A DNA stretch of 64,000 nucleotides from Acidimicrobiia bacterium (GTDB lineage: Bacteria; Actinomycetota; Acidimicrobiia; Spongiisociales; ZC4RG35), in NCBI GenBank assembly GCA_036374335.1, contig DASUUC010000100.1:5368-69367 (forward strand). Direction: 5' to 3'. Position 1 is the first letter of the stretch, and every line of letters begins with the position of its first letter. Under the pieces are notes generated by a model. The model made no database searches. It saw only the letters and a program-made list of their open reading frames with translations, and was not told the origin of the DNA. A program made the position numbers and the translations under genes. Below, one piece after another: positions 22,251-31,105 of this stretch.

Positions 22251-23137
22251 GCCGGGTCTCACTCGAGGCCGGTATCGAGGAGTACCTGGTCTCACTACGT
22301 GTAGAGCGGGGACTATCGGCCAACACGATCGCCGCCTACACGCGCGACCTCGCCGAATACGTAGCCTTTATGGAAGGGCGGGAACCGTGTGAGGATCTGG
22401 TGTCAGAGTTCATCACGCACCTGCGACAACGCGGGCTCGCCGACTCCACCGTGGCGCGCAAGATCGCTTCTCTCAGAGGACTGCATCGCTTCCTGGTGAT
22501 CGAGGGATTCCGCAGCACCGACCCGATGGGGCTCATTGACAGCCCGCGTCGCCCCGATCCATTTCCCAAGGCGTTGACCGTGGAGGAGGCGATCGCCCTG
22601 GTCGAGGCGCCTGGTACCGGAAACCCCGCTGCTCGCAGAGACAGCGCCCTGTTGGAATTTCTCTATGCCACCGGTGCTCGCGTCTCGGAGACGGTGGGAG
22701 TCGACCTCGGTGACCTCGATCTCGAGGACAAGGTGGTCAAGGTGACGGGAAAAGGAGCCAGACAAAGGCTCGTTCCCTTGGGAAGCAAGGCTGTCGAAGC
22801 CATTGGTGTCTGGCTTCCCGACCGGATGGCCATAGTGAGCCGAAGGGTCAAGGGAGATCCCCTGTTCATCAACATGCGAGGAGGGCGGATCAGCCGGCAG
22901 GCGGTCTTCGACATCGTGAGGAAACACGCAATCTCAGTCGACATCGAGGCCACCCGCGTATCCCCGCATGTCCTCCGTCATTCAGCCGCCACACACATGG
23001 TCGAGGCCGGCGCCGACTTGAGATCCGTACAAGAAATCCTGGGTCACGCTACAATCAGCACAACCCAGGTCTACACGCGGGTAAGTCCTGCACACGTGAT
23101 GGAGATCTACGTCGAGGCACACCCAAGGAGCAGGTAA
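22247..23137 (+). CDS. xerD: Tyrosine recombinase XerD
   Basis: Phage-integrase fold with R...HxxR...Y residues (HVLRHSAATH, TQVYTRV); synteny recN-pyrG-xerD-scpAB. Confidence 0.88.
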
Positions 23138-23487
23138 TGGCGCTCGACATCGCAAGTGCTGAAAAAGCTCTCAGAAAAGAGCGAGAACAACTAATCCACC
23201 AGCTCGATGAGCTGGGAGCTGCCGAGTCCGGCGACCTCAGGTCGGATTTCGACTTCGGGGGCAGCTTCGCCGATGCAGCATCCGTTACCGCAGAACGCAC
23301 CGAGGTTCTGGGACTGGTCGAGTCCTTGAAGACTCAACTCGACGATGTGGACGCCGCGCTCGCCCACATCGAGGCGGGAACTTATGGCATATGCGTCGAA
23401 TGTGGTGCCGCGATCAATCCGGACCGTCTCGAGTTCCGTCCTGCCTCGATTCTGTGCGTTGACTGCAAGTCCAAGGCTGCTTCCTGA
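23137..23487 (+). CDS. TraR/DksA family zinc-finger protein
   Basis: Coiled-coil N-terminus, C4 finger CVECG...CVDC. Confidence 0.8.
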   Translation: MALDIASAEKALRKEREQLIHQLDELGAAESGDLRSDFDFGGSFADAASVTAERTEVLGLVESLKTQLDDVDAALAHIEAGTYGICVECGAAINPDRLEFRPASILCVDCKSKAAS

Positions 23488-23488
23488 A

Positions 23489-24016
23489 TTGCCGGGCTCG
23501 CCGGCGCATCTCCTTGCTCGCTTCTTCGACGTTGCTTCTGCCCAACCCCTGAATTCATCGGAGCGGGAGGCTGTCGTCCAGTGGCTGTCCCCGGAGACTG
23601 GTGACATCTTCTTCGCCCAGGGTGTTGCCGACCAACGTCATGGTTATCACGCCGCTTTGACGGTGGTGGCTGCCGGGGTCCGCGATCGCGATGTGGTCAT
23701 GGCCGCATTGCTCCATGATGTCGGAAAGCGTCACTCTCGGCTTGGCATCGTCGGACGCTCTGTCGCCTCAATGCTGATTCTGCTCGGGCTCCCGCTGACC
23801 GATCGCATGCAGGCATACCGTGACCACGGGATGTTGGCGGCTCGCGAATTGGCCGGGCTCTCCGTGCCTTCCCTGGTCGTCGACTTCGCAATCCATCACC
23901 ATGGGCAGAGACCGCCGACCATCGACGCGGCAGATTGGGATGTTCTCGTCGCGGCAGATCAGCCGGCAAAGCCGTGGTCGGGGCGCTCACGACGGATAAC
24001 CTCGGCAGACACATGA
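23489..24016 (+). CDS. HD-domain protein
   Basis: HGYH...LLHDVGK motifs; TTG start chosen just after the dksA-like stop (start uncertain). Confidence 0.65.
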   Translation: MPGSPAHLLARFFDVASAQPLNSSEREAVVQWLSPETGDIFFAQGVADQRHGYHAALTVVAAGVRDRDVVMAALLHDVGKRHSRLGIVGRSVASMLILLGLPLTDRMQAYRDHGMLAARELAGLSVPSLVVDFAIHHHGQRPPTIDAADWDVLVAADQPAKPWSGRSRRITSADT

Positions 24017-24774
24017 CCTTTCACGTCCGAACGACGGTCTTCGAAGGCCCACTCGATCTGCTGCTGCAGTTGATCACCAAACATCAGGTGGAGATCACAG
24101 CGGTCGGGCTCGCCGATGTCGTGGGGGAGTACCTGTCATTCCTGGAGGAAATGCGAGAGCTCGACCTCGACGTGACCTCAGAGTTCTTGCTGATCGCCGC
24201 CACACTGGTCCAGCTGAAAGCCCAGTCCCTGCTGCCGACGTCGTCAGAACTCGACCTCGACGACGAGCTGGCATTGGCCGAGGAACGCGATCGACTGCTG
24301 TCGAGGTTGCTGGCTTCGGTCACCTTCAAAGACGTTGCCGCAGTGCTGCGGCGACGGCTGCAGGACACCAACCGCTTCGTTCCCCGCATTTCGGGGCTCG
24401 ACCAGAAAATCGAGGCGCCCGCACCCGAGATCGCAATCCCGGTGTCCCCCGAGGGCCTGGCTCTCATTGCCGACAAGGTCTTCTCGAGGGCGGTCCTCGA
24501 GCCCGACCTCGATCATCTCGAGCTCGATCTGCCGTCGGTCGAGCTGGCAATCGAGGACTTGAGAGAGCGTCTGCGCCAGGAGACATTCTCATCCTTCGAA
24601 GAGCTCACCGAGCACTGCTCGCGGCCTGTGGAGGTGGCCGCCTACTTCCTCGCTCTGCTCGAGATGGCACGCTGGGGTCTCATCGAAGTCTCCCAAGCCG
24701 ACTGGACCGCAGCCATCGAGGTGCGCCAACTCGACGATGGATCGGTCGATCTCACCTCCGAGTGGTCGCCGTGA
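24013..24774 (+). CDS. scpA: Segregation and condensation protein A
   Basis: FEGPLDLLLQLI N-terminal kleisin motif; ATGA overlap with upstream gene; followed by scpB. Confidence 0.88.
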   Translation: MTFHVRTTVFEGPLDLLLQLITKHQVEITAVGLADVVGEYLSFLEEMRELDLDVTSEFLLIAATLVQLKAQSLLPTSSELDLDDELALAEERDRLLSRLLASVTFKDVAAVLRRRLQDTNRFVPRISGLDQKIEAPAPEIAIPVSPEGLALIADKVFSRAVLEPDLDHLELDLPSVELAIEDLRERLRQETFSSFEELTEHCSRPVEVAAYFLALLEMARWGLIEVSQADWTAAIEVRQLDDGSVDLTSEWSP

Positions 24775-25340
24775 ACGATCGCGCCGCATTGGAGGCAGTG
24801 CTGTTCGTCACCGAGCATCCGGTGCCGGCTCAGGAGCTCGCTCAGGTCCTGGAGCTTTCCACCGGTCGCATCGATGAGCTTCTCGCCGAACTCGGTGATC
24901 AGCTCAGAGCACGCGAGTCGGGTCTGGTCCTCAAGTCGGTGGCTGGGGGATGGAGGCTCTACAGCCACCCCGACGCCTATCCCTACCTGGAGCGTTTCTC
25001 ATCGTCTGCTACTTCCCGCAAGCTGTCTCCGGCTGCCATGGAGACACTTGCGGTGGTTGCCTATCGCCAACCGGTCTCCCGGGCCCAGATCTCTGAGATC
25101 AGAGGAGTCGACTCCGATTCTGCGGTGCGCACCCTGGAGCGTCTCGGGTTGGTGGAGGAGAAGGAGAGGCTCAACATCCCGGGCAATCCCGCCATCTATC
25201 AAACCACCGATCTGTTCTTGGAGAAGCTTGGTCTCAACGATCTGGCCGAGCTTCCACCCCTGGCCGATCATGTGCCTCCGGCGCGGTTCGTCGATTCGCT
25301 GGAAGAGTCTCTGCGGCCGGGCGGCCCCTCAACGGAATGA
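24762..25340 (+). CDS. scpB: Segregation and condensation protein B
   Basis: ALEAVLFV..., ETLAVVAYRQPVSRAQISEIRGV winged-helix motifs. Confidence 0.88.
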   Translation: MVAVNDRAALEAVLFVTEHPVPAQELAQVLELSTGRIDELLAELGDQLRARESGLVLKSVAGGWRLYSHPDAYPYLERFSSSATSRKLSPAAMETLAVVAYRQPVSRAQISEIRGVDSDSAVRTLERLGLVEEKERLNIPGNPAIYQTTDLFLEKLGLNDLAELPPLADHVPPARFVDSLEESLRPGGPSTE

Positions 25341-25343
25341 CCG

Positions 25344-26057
25344 ATGGCGGAGCGAATCCGCATCCAGAAAGCGATCGCCAATGCCGGGCTCATGTCCCGC
25401 CGCGCCGCGGAGGATGCCATGGTCGGCGGCAGGGTCCTGTTGAACGGTCATCCCGTAGTTCTCGGTGACCGTGTCGACCCATCGAGCGACGTCCTGACCC
25501 TCGACGGGGTTCCGATACCGGTCTCTGCGGAACTGGAGACCTACCTGCTGAACAAGCCGGCAGGGGTGATCAGCACGGCGGCCGATCCCCAGGGTAGGCA
25601 GACCGTGATCGATCTCATCGACTCCGACAAGCGTCTCTACCCCGTGGGTCGCCTCGATGCCGACTCGGAAGGGCTCATCCTCGTCTCCAATGATGGGGAG
25701 CTGACAAACCGGATCACCCACCCCAGCTTCGGTGTCACCAAGCGGTATCTGGCGGAGGTGGAGGGAACGATGACGAAATCCACGGTGAGACAGCTGACAG
25801 TCGGTGTGGATCTCGACGATGGGCCTGCCCGCGCCGAATCGGCCAACCTGGTGGAGGGCGGAGCGAACCGCTCGCTGGTGGAACTGGTCATGATGGAGGG
25901 GCGCAACCGAGAAGTGAGGAGGATGCTGGCGGCGGTCGGTCATCCGGTGACGCGGTTGGTGCGAACTGCCATCGGCGGATTGACCGACTCCGATCTCAAG
26001 CCAGGGGCTTCGAGGAGGCTCACCGCTACCGACATCCAGCGGATCCTCAACGGATGA
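25344..26057 (+). CDS. rluB: 23S rRNA pseudouridine synthase (RluB/RsuA family)
   Basis: S4 domain N-terminus, catalytic GRLDADSEGL motif. Confidence 0.88.
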   Translation: MAERIRIQKAIANAGLMSRRAAEDAMVGGRVLLNGHPVVLGDRVDPSSDVLTLDGVPIPVSAELETYLLNKPAGVISTAADPQGRQTVIDLIDSDKRLYPVGRLDADSEGLILVSNDGELTNRITHPSFGVTKRYLAEVEGTMTKSTVRQLTVGVDLDDGPARAESANLVEGGANRSLVELVMMEGRNREVRRMLAAVGHPVTRLVRTAIGGLTDSDLKPGASRRLTATDIQRILNG

Positions 26058-27319
26058 GCAGCGGCGCGCGGCCCGTGCCGGTTCTCTCAGCGGTCGATTC
26101 TGTGATTCGGCCCCCCGGTTCGAAGTCGGAGACGATCAGGGCGCTGGCAGCGGCAGGTCTCGCCGAGGGTCGATCACACCTATACGAGCCATTGGATGCC
26201 GACGACCCCACTGCCATGGCCGGTGCCTTGCAGGCCCTGGGAATCCCCATCGACCGCAAGACTGTCCCTTGGTCCGTGGACGGCCAGGGAGGTCGATTGA
26301 TCGCTGCGGACGGGCCACTGGACGCCAACGAGTCCGGTCTCTCCGCGCGAATCCTCCTGGCGATGGCGGGGAACGTAGACGGCGCATCCCGTGTCGTGGG
26401 ACGGGGGCGGCTTCCGCAGCGGCCAATGGGCGGGATAGTCGATGTCCTCGAGGCTCTAGGGGTCGAGCTGAGCGGAGAGAGGCTTCCGATCGAAGTAGTT
26501 GGTCGCGGTCGTCTCCACGGCGGTCACATCGAGGTCGATTGCTCGGAGAGCTCTCAGTTCGCCACCGCCGTGATGCTGCTTGCCCCCATCATGACCGAGC
26601 CCAGCGTCGTGGAGCCGATCGGCCTCAGCGGCTCGGCGAACTACCTGGAAGGGACGGTTTCGATCATGAGGAGATTTGGGGCGAAGATCGAGCGGACCAT
26701 CACCGGATATGAGATCGCCAACGGGGGATATCGTGCCGCCGACTTGTTCGTCGAACCCGATGCCTCGGCTGGGGTCTATCCGTTGGCGATCGCTGCGATT
26801 TCCGGCGGGAGAGTGACTATCGACGGAATCGGTGAGGGCACGTGGCAACCGGACGCTGGGCTTGCCTCGATCCTCGGCTCGATGGGATGTCATGTCGAGT
26901 GGGCGACGGACCGGGTGACCGTCGACGCCCGCGGGGTGAGTCTCCACGGCGTAGAGGTGAACATGTCCGATGCCCCGGACGCGGCGTTGGGATTGGCCGT
27001 GGTCTGTCTCTTCGCCACCAGTCCGAGCCGGATTTCAGGTCTGGGATCGCTCCGACACAAGGAGTCCGATCGCCTGAAGGCGATCAGCAGCGAAATGCGG
27101 CGCATCGGAGGGCGGGTCGAAACAGGAGAGGACTGGCTTTTCGTCCACCCCTCCGATCCGCATGGAGCCGAAGTCGATTCCCATGGAGACCACCGAATCG
27201 CCATGGCGATGGCCACCGCCGGAACCCGTGTCCCTGGTATGCGGGTGGCCAATCCACATGTGGTCAACAAGACATGGCCGGGTTTTTGGGAGTTTCTCGA
27301 CACCCTTGCCGCCGGATAA
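26054..27319 (+). CDS. aroA: 3-phosphoshikimate 1-carboxyvinyltransferase (EPSP synthase)
   Basis: PPGSKSETIR motif, 421 aa, conserved HKESDR and GDHRIAMA motifs. Confidence 0.92.
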   Translation: MSSGARPVPVLSAVDSVIRPPGSKSETIRALAAAGLAEGRSHLYEPLDADDPTAMAGALQALGIPIDRKTVPWSVDGQGGRLIAADGPLDANESGLSARILLAMAGNVDGASRVVGRGRLPQRPMGGIVDVLEALGVELSGERLPIEVVGRGRLHGGHIEVDCSESSQFATAVMLLAPIMTEPSVVEPIGLSGSANYLEGTVSIMRRFGAKIERTITGYEIANGGYRAADLFVEPDASAGVYPLAIAAISGGRVTIDGIGEGTWQPDAGLASILGSMGCHVEWATDRVTVDARGVSLHGVEVNMSDAPDAALGLAVVCLFATSPSRISGLGSLRHKESDRLKAISSEMRRIGGRVETGEDWLFVHPSDPHGAEVDSHGDHRIAMAMATAGTRVPGMRVANPHVVNKTWPGFWEFLDTLAAG

Positions 27320-27480
27320 GTCGCCAAACTCTCTCCGCGACAACTATGTTTCTGTCAGCGGGAGGACCCCGGTCTCCGACTTCGCCCCCATTGTCCGAAT
27401 TCCCCCCAAGTCGGACAACCCCTCCGGAGCCGGGGATCCTCCTGCATAACCGTTTCCAACCGCTCCTAAGCTCGCTGGCT

Positions 27481-28125
27481 GTGTCGACAACGATCGTGAC
27501 TTTGGATGGCCCGGGTGGCACCGGGAAGAGCACGGTGAGCCGGGTCGTCGCCCACAAGGCGGGTCTTCCCCATTTGGATACCGGAGCCTTCTATCGAGCC
27601 GCCACGTTGGCCGTACTCGAGGCGAAAGCGGATCCGTCGGATGAAGCCGCCGTCCTGGACGTCGTGTCCGAGCTGGAGATGGCTCAGGAGAGCGGCCGCA
27701 TGTACCTGAACGGGCGCGATGTCTCCACCGAGATCCGCGGGGATGCGGTGACGGGTGCGGTGTCCGCCGTCTCGGCGCATCCTGATGTGCGCAACCGTCT
27801 CGTCGAGATGCAGCGGGCTTGGGTCGAGGAGCATGGGGGTGGGGTGGTCGAGGGGCGGGACACCGGCTCGGTGGTATTCCCCGATGCCACGGTAAAAGTC
27901 TTTCTCGACGCTTCGCCGGAGGTTCGGGCCGGCCGGCGTGCCATCGAGACCGGCGAGTCGCTGGAAGAGGTCCTGGAGGATCTCAATCGTCGCGACCACC
28001 TCGATTCGACCCGGAAGGCGTCGCCATTGACCATCCCCGAGGGAGCGGTAGTGGTCGACACCTCGGATCTGAGCTTCGAGGAGGTCGTCGACGAGGTGCT
28101 CGGCCTGATAAGTGCGAAGTCCTGA
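27481..28125 (+). CDS. cmk: Cytidylate kinase
   Basis: GTG start then IVTLDGPGGTGKST P-loop; the upstream part of track ORF 26842..28125 overlaps aroA out of frame and is rejected. Confidence 0.86.
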   Translation: MSTTIVTLDGPGGTGKSTVSRVVAHKAGLPHLDTGAFYRAATLAVLEAKADPSDEAAVLDVVSELEMAQESGRMYLNGRDVSTEIRGDAVTGAVSAVSAHPDVRNRLVEMQRAWVEEHGGGVVEGRDTGSVVFPDATVKVFLDASPEVRAGRRAIETGESLEEVLEDLNRRDHLDSTRKASPLTIPEGAVVVDTSDLSFEEVVDEVLGLISAKS

Positions 28126-28155
28126 TTCCCCCGCTGGCACCTACCATGACTCCTG

Positions 28156-29205
28156 ATGACCGTTGAACGTGTCCTTCTTGCCGAGCCGCGCGGTTTCTGC
28201 GCCGGAGTGGAGATGGCGATCAAGGCCCTGACCTGGATGACCAGGATCTTCGATGGGCCGGTCTACTGCTACCACGAGATCGTCCACAACGAGTGGGTGG
28301 TCAAGGCCTTCGAGCGTGTTGGAGTGGTCTTCGTGAACGACATCTCCGAAGTGCCGGAAGGTGCTCCTTTGATGCTGTCGGCACATGGTTCTTCGCCCGA
28401 GGTGGTCTCAGCCGCCGGCGACCGGGCAGCCGTTGTCATCGACGCGGTGTGCCCCCTCGTCACCAAGGTCCACCATGAGGTCAAGATGATGTCTCGCAAG
28501 GGGTACGACATCATCTACATCGGCCATGAAGGCCATGATGAGGCCGTGGGGACGGTGGCCGAGGCGCCGGAAGCGATCACTTTGGTCGAACCGGAGCGAG
28601 GTCTTGGTGAGTTCAGCCCGTCTGATGAGGACAGGGTCGCACTCGTGGCTCAGACCACACTGGGTCTCTACGAGTGGCAGGAGGTCATGGACGATGCCTC
28701 AACCAGGTTTCCGAAGCTGAAGACAGCCCGAAAATCGGATCTGTGTTACGCCACCACCAACCGCCAGGAGGTCGTCAATCAACTCTCCTCTCAATGCGAT
28801 CTGATCTTGGTGGTGGGATCCCACAACTCTTCCAATACCCAGGCCCTGGTGAGGGTCTCGCACGAAAACGGTGTCGCCGCCCATCGCATCGACTCGGCCG
28901 ATGACATCGAGGACAGATGGCTCGAGGACGCAACGACGGTCGGTGTGACCGCTGGAGCCTCCGCACCGGATCACCTGGTTCAGGAAGTCATTGACCGTCT
29001 CGCTCCCACCAGGGGTTTTGAGTTGTGGTCTGCCACCGAAGAGCAAGAGTACTTTCCCTTGCCGCCACAGCTCCGGTCGTTCGTTTCCACCTTGCAGACC
29101 CTCGTCGAAGCTGGTGTCAGCGCGTCCAGCCCGGGTGGTGAGTCCTGGCTCGAACGGGACCGGGAATGGACCGCAACCGAGGCCCTCGATCTGATCAGCG
29201 CCTGA
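28156..29205 (+). CDS. ispH: 4-hydroxy-3-methylbut-2-enyl diphosphate reductase
   Basis: RGFCAGV, CPLVTKVH and ATTNRQ Fe-S cluster Cys motifs. Confidence 0.92.
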   Translation: MTVERVLLAEPRGFCAGVEMAIKALTWMTRIFDGPVYCYHEIVHNEWVVKAFERVGVVFVNDISEVPEGAPLMLSAHGSSPEVVSAAGDRAAVVIDAVCPLVTKVHHEVKMMSRKGYDIIYIGHEGHDEAVGTVAEAPEAITLVEPERGLGEFSPSDEDRVALVAQTTLGLYEWQEVMDDASTRFPKLKTARKSDLCYATTNRQEVVNQLSSQCDLILVVGSHNSSNTQALVRVSHENGVAAHRIDSADDIEDRWLEDATTVGVTAGASAPDHLVQEVIDRLAPTRGFELWSATEEQEYFPLPPQLRSFVSTLQTLVEAGVSASSPGGESWLERDREWTATEALDLISA

Positions 29206-29215
29206 GGACGGCGAG

Positions 29216-30529
29216 GTGAGCACTCTCCCCGTGGTGGCGGTGGTGGGCCGTCCCAATGTCGGCAAGTCGACCCTGGTGAACCGCATCGTGGGATCCCGTT
29301 CCGCAGTGGTCGAGGAGATGGCCGGGGTCACACGGGATCGTCGTCAGTTCGACGCCGAATGGGCAGGTCGCGATTTCATACTCGTCGACACCGGGGGATG
29401 GGAGGTCAAGCCGGGCGGTGACCTCAACATGTCGATCCGCCAGCAAGCCGAGGGTGCGGTGTCAGGTGCAGATGCTGTCCTCCTCGTGGTCGACGGGACC
29501 ACGGAGCTCAGCGACGACGACACGGGTGTGATCTCGATTCTCCGGGCGGCAGAGATTCCCGTCATCCTCGCGGTGAACAAGGTGGATGACGTCCAGCAGG
29601 AGTGGGAGGTGGACCGGTTCTGGAGGCTGGGACTGGGCGAACCGCAGCCAGTGAGCGCCTATCACGGAAGGGGAGTGGGGGACCTCCTCGACGAGGTGGT
29701 CGCGATGTTGCCGGCGCCCAAGGAATCCGAGATCGCGCCGGATGTTCCGAGAGTGGCGATCGTCGGGCGACCGAACACCGGCAAGTCGACCCTGCTCAAC
29801 CGTCTGGCCGGGGAGGAGCGGGTCATCGTCTCGGAGCGACCGGGCACCACCAGAGACCCCATCGATGTGGATGTCGAGATCGATGGCACGAAGTACCGGC
29901 TGGTCGACACCGCCGGGATCAGACGCAAGCCACAAATCACCGAGGACGCCGACTTCTATGCCGTGATTCGAGCCCGAGAAGCTCTGGAACGGGCAGATGT
30001 CGCCGTTCTGATGGTGGATGCCACCGAAGGTGTCACCCACCAGGACCAGCGCATCGCCAGCGAGATCGTGCAGGCGGGTGCAGGTCTTGTGATCGCTTTG
30101 AACAAATGGGATGCGCTCGATGAGGAGCAGCGTGAGATCACCGAACGTTCGTTGCCCGATCGGTTCTCCTTCGTCGGCTGGGCCCCGGTCCTGAGGATGT
30201 CGGCCAAGACCGGTGCTCGTACCCACCGTCTCGGGGCCGCTCTCGAAGTCGTTCTCGAGAACCGGGACCGTCGCATACCGACCGGAGTGCTGAACAGGGA
30301 GATCCGCGATTGGACGGCAGCTCATCCACCGCCGGTGAGGAAGGGACGGCGACCCAAGCTTCACTATGCCGTTCAGGCGGGTACCGCGCCACCAACCATC
30401 GTCTTGTTCGTTTCTGGCGGCGAGCTAGGGGAGGATTATCTTCGGTTCCTCGAGAACCGGATTCGTCAGGTGCATGAATTCACCGGTAACCCGATCCACT
30501 TCGTGACCAGGAAGCGCGGCGAACGATGA
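29216..30529 (+). CDS. der: Ribosome-associated GTPase Der/EngA
   Basis: Two G domains (GRPNVGKST and GRPNTGKST) plus KH-like C-terminus. Confidence 0.93.
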   Translation: MSTLPVVAVVGRPNVGKSTLVNRIVGSRSAVVEEMAGVTRDRRQFDAEWAGRDFILVDTGGWEVKPGGDLNMSIRQQAEGAVSGADAVLLVVDGTTELSDDDTGVISILRAAEIPVILAVNKVDDVQQEWEVDRFWRLGLGEPQPVSAYHGRGVGDLLDEVVAMLPAPKESEIAPDVPRVAIVGRPNTGKSTLLNRLAGEERVIVSERPGTTRDPIDVDVEIDGTKYRLVDTAGIRRKPQITEDADFYAVIRAREALERADVAVLMVDATEGVTHQDQRIASEIVQAGAGLVIALNKWDALDEEQREITERSLPDRFSFVGWAPVLRMSAKTGARTHRLGAALEVVLENRDRRIPTGVLNREIRDWTAAHPPPVRKGRRPKLHYAVQAGTAPPTIVLFVSGGELGEDYLRFLENRIRQVHEFTGNPIHFVTRKRGER

Positions 30530-30657
30530 CCGAACAGCGTGAGCAGGACGATTTGAAAACCCCTTTCAGTTTCAAGCTGATGGTGGTGCTGGTGGTCCTC
30601 TATCTGGGCTGGAGATTGGTCCAGGGCGTCGTTTGGCTGTGGGAGGCAATCTTCTAG
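30526..30657 (+). CDS. Small membrane protein, 43 aa (hypothetical)
   Basis: ATGA overlap with der stop; charged N-terminus then one hydrophobic helix (FKLMVVLVVLYLGWRLVQGVVWLWEAIF); GC3-rich; below ORF-track cutoff. Confidence 0.4.
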   Translation: MTEQREQDDLKTPFSFKLMVVLVVLYLGWRLVQGVVWLWEAIF

Positions 30658-30910
30658 TGGCGTGTGGGCCATGCGGCCCTCGTGCCTCAGGCGGATGGGT
30701 GATGTACCTGAATCCGAATTGGCTGGTCCACTCGATCGAGCCGTCGGGGAGCTTTCTGTACTTCCAACCCGACCGGTGTTTGAGCCGATGATGGAATCGG
30801 CACAGGGATGCGAGATTGCATAGAACCGTCAAATCTCCGAAGATTCTGTGATCTCGAAGGTCCAGGTGGCGTCGTGTTGCTCTTCGACGATCTGGCGCAT
30901 GACGTTGCAT
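30572..30910 (-). pseudogene. Decayed C-terminal fragment of an HNH endonuclease (actinobacterial DUF222/13E12-like type)
   Basis: LCRFHHRLKH..GW....G...WT..FG..Y C-terminal signature retained, but upstream zinc-ligand Cys positions are replaced. The ORF is only 112 aa, bounded by a stop, and adjacent to a tRNA. Confidence 0.6.
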
Positions 30911-30968
30911 GGACCGGGCCGAATCCCTCGAGGTACCCGACTATGTTGTTGAGCCGTTCCCTCCCCGA

Positions 30969-31045
30969 TGGTCGGGCCGGCCGGATTTGAACCGACGACC
31001 TCTTGTCCCCCAGACAAGCGCTCTACCAAGCTGAGCCACGGCCCG
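30969..31045 (-). tRNA. tRNA-Pro (anticodon GGG), CCA encoded
   Basis: Reverse complement CGGGCCGTGGCTCAGCTTGGTAGAGCGCTTGTCTGGGGGACAAGAGGTCGTCGGTTCAAATCCGGCCGGCCCGACCA folds as a cloverleaf: 7-bp acceptor CGGGCCG/CGGCCCG, anticodon stem CTTGT/ACAAG with loop CTGGGGG, T-loop GGTTCAAATCC. Confidence 0.9.
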
Positions 31046-31105
31046 TAGCGGCCAGATTAACGGGCGAGGGTCGGTGACGAGACATCGGCTTCGAGAGCCG
31101 ATAGG

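Noticed and set aside
26842-27480. N-terminal extension of the cmk ORF
   Set aside because: It overlaps aroA out of frame. The P-loop begins right after GTG 27481.
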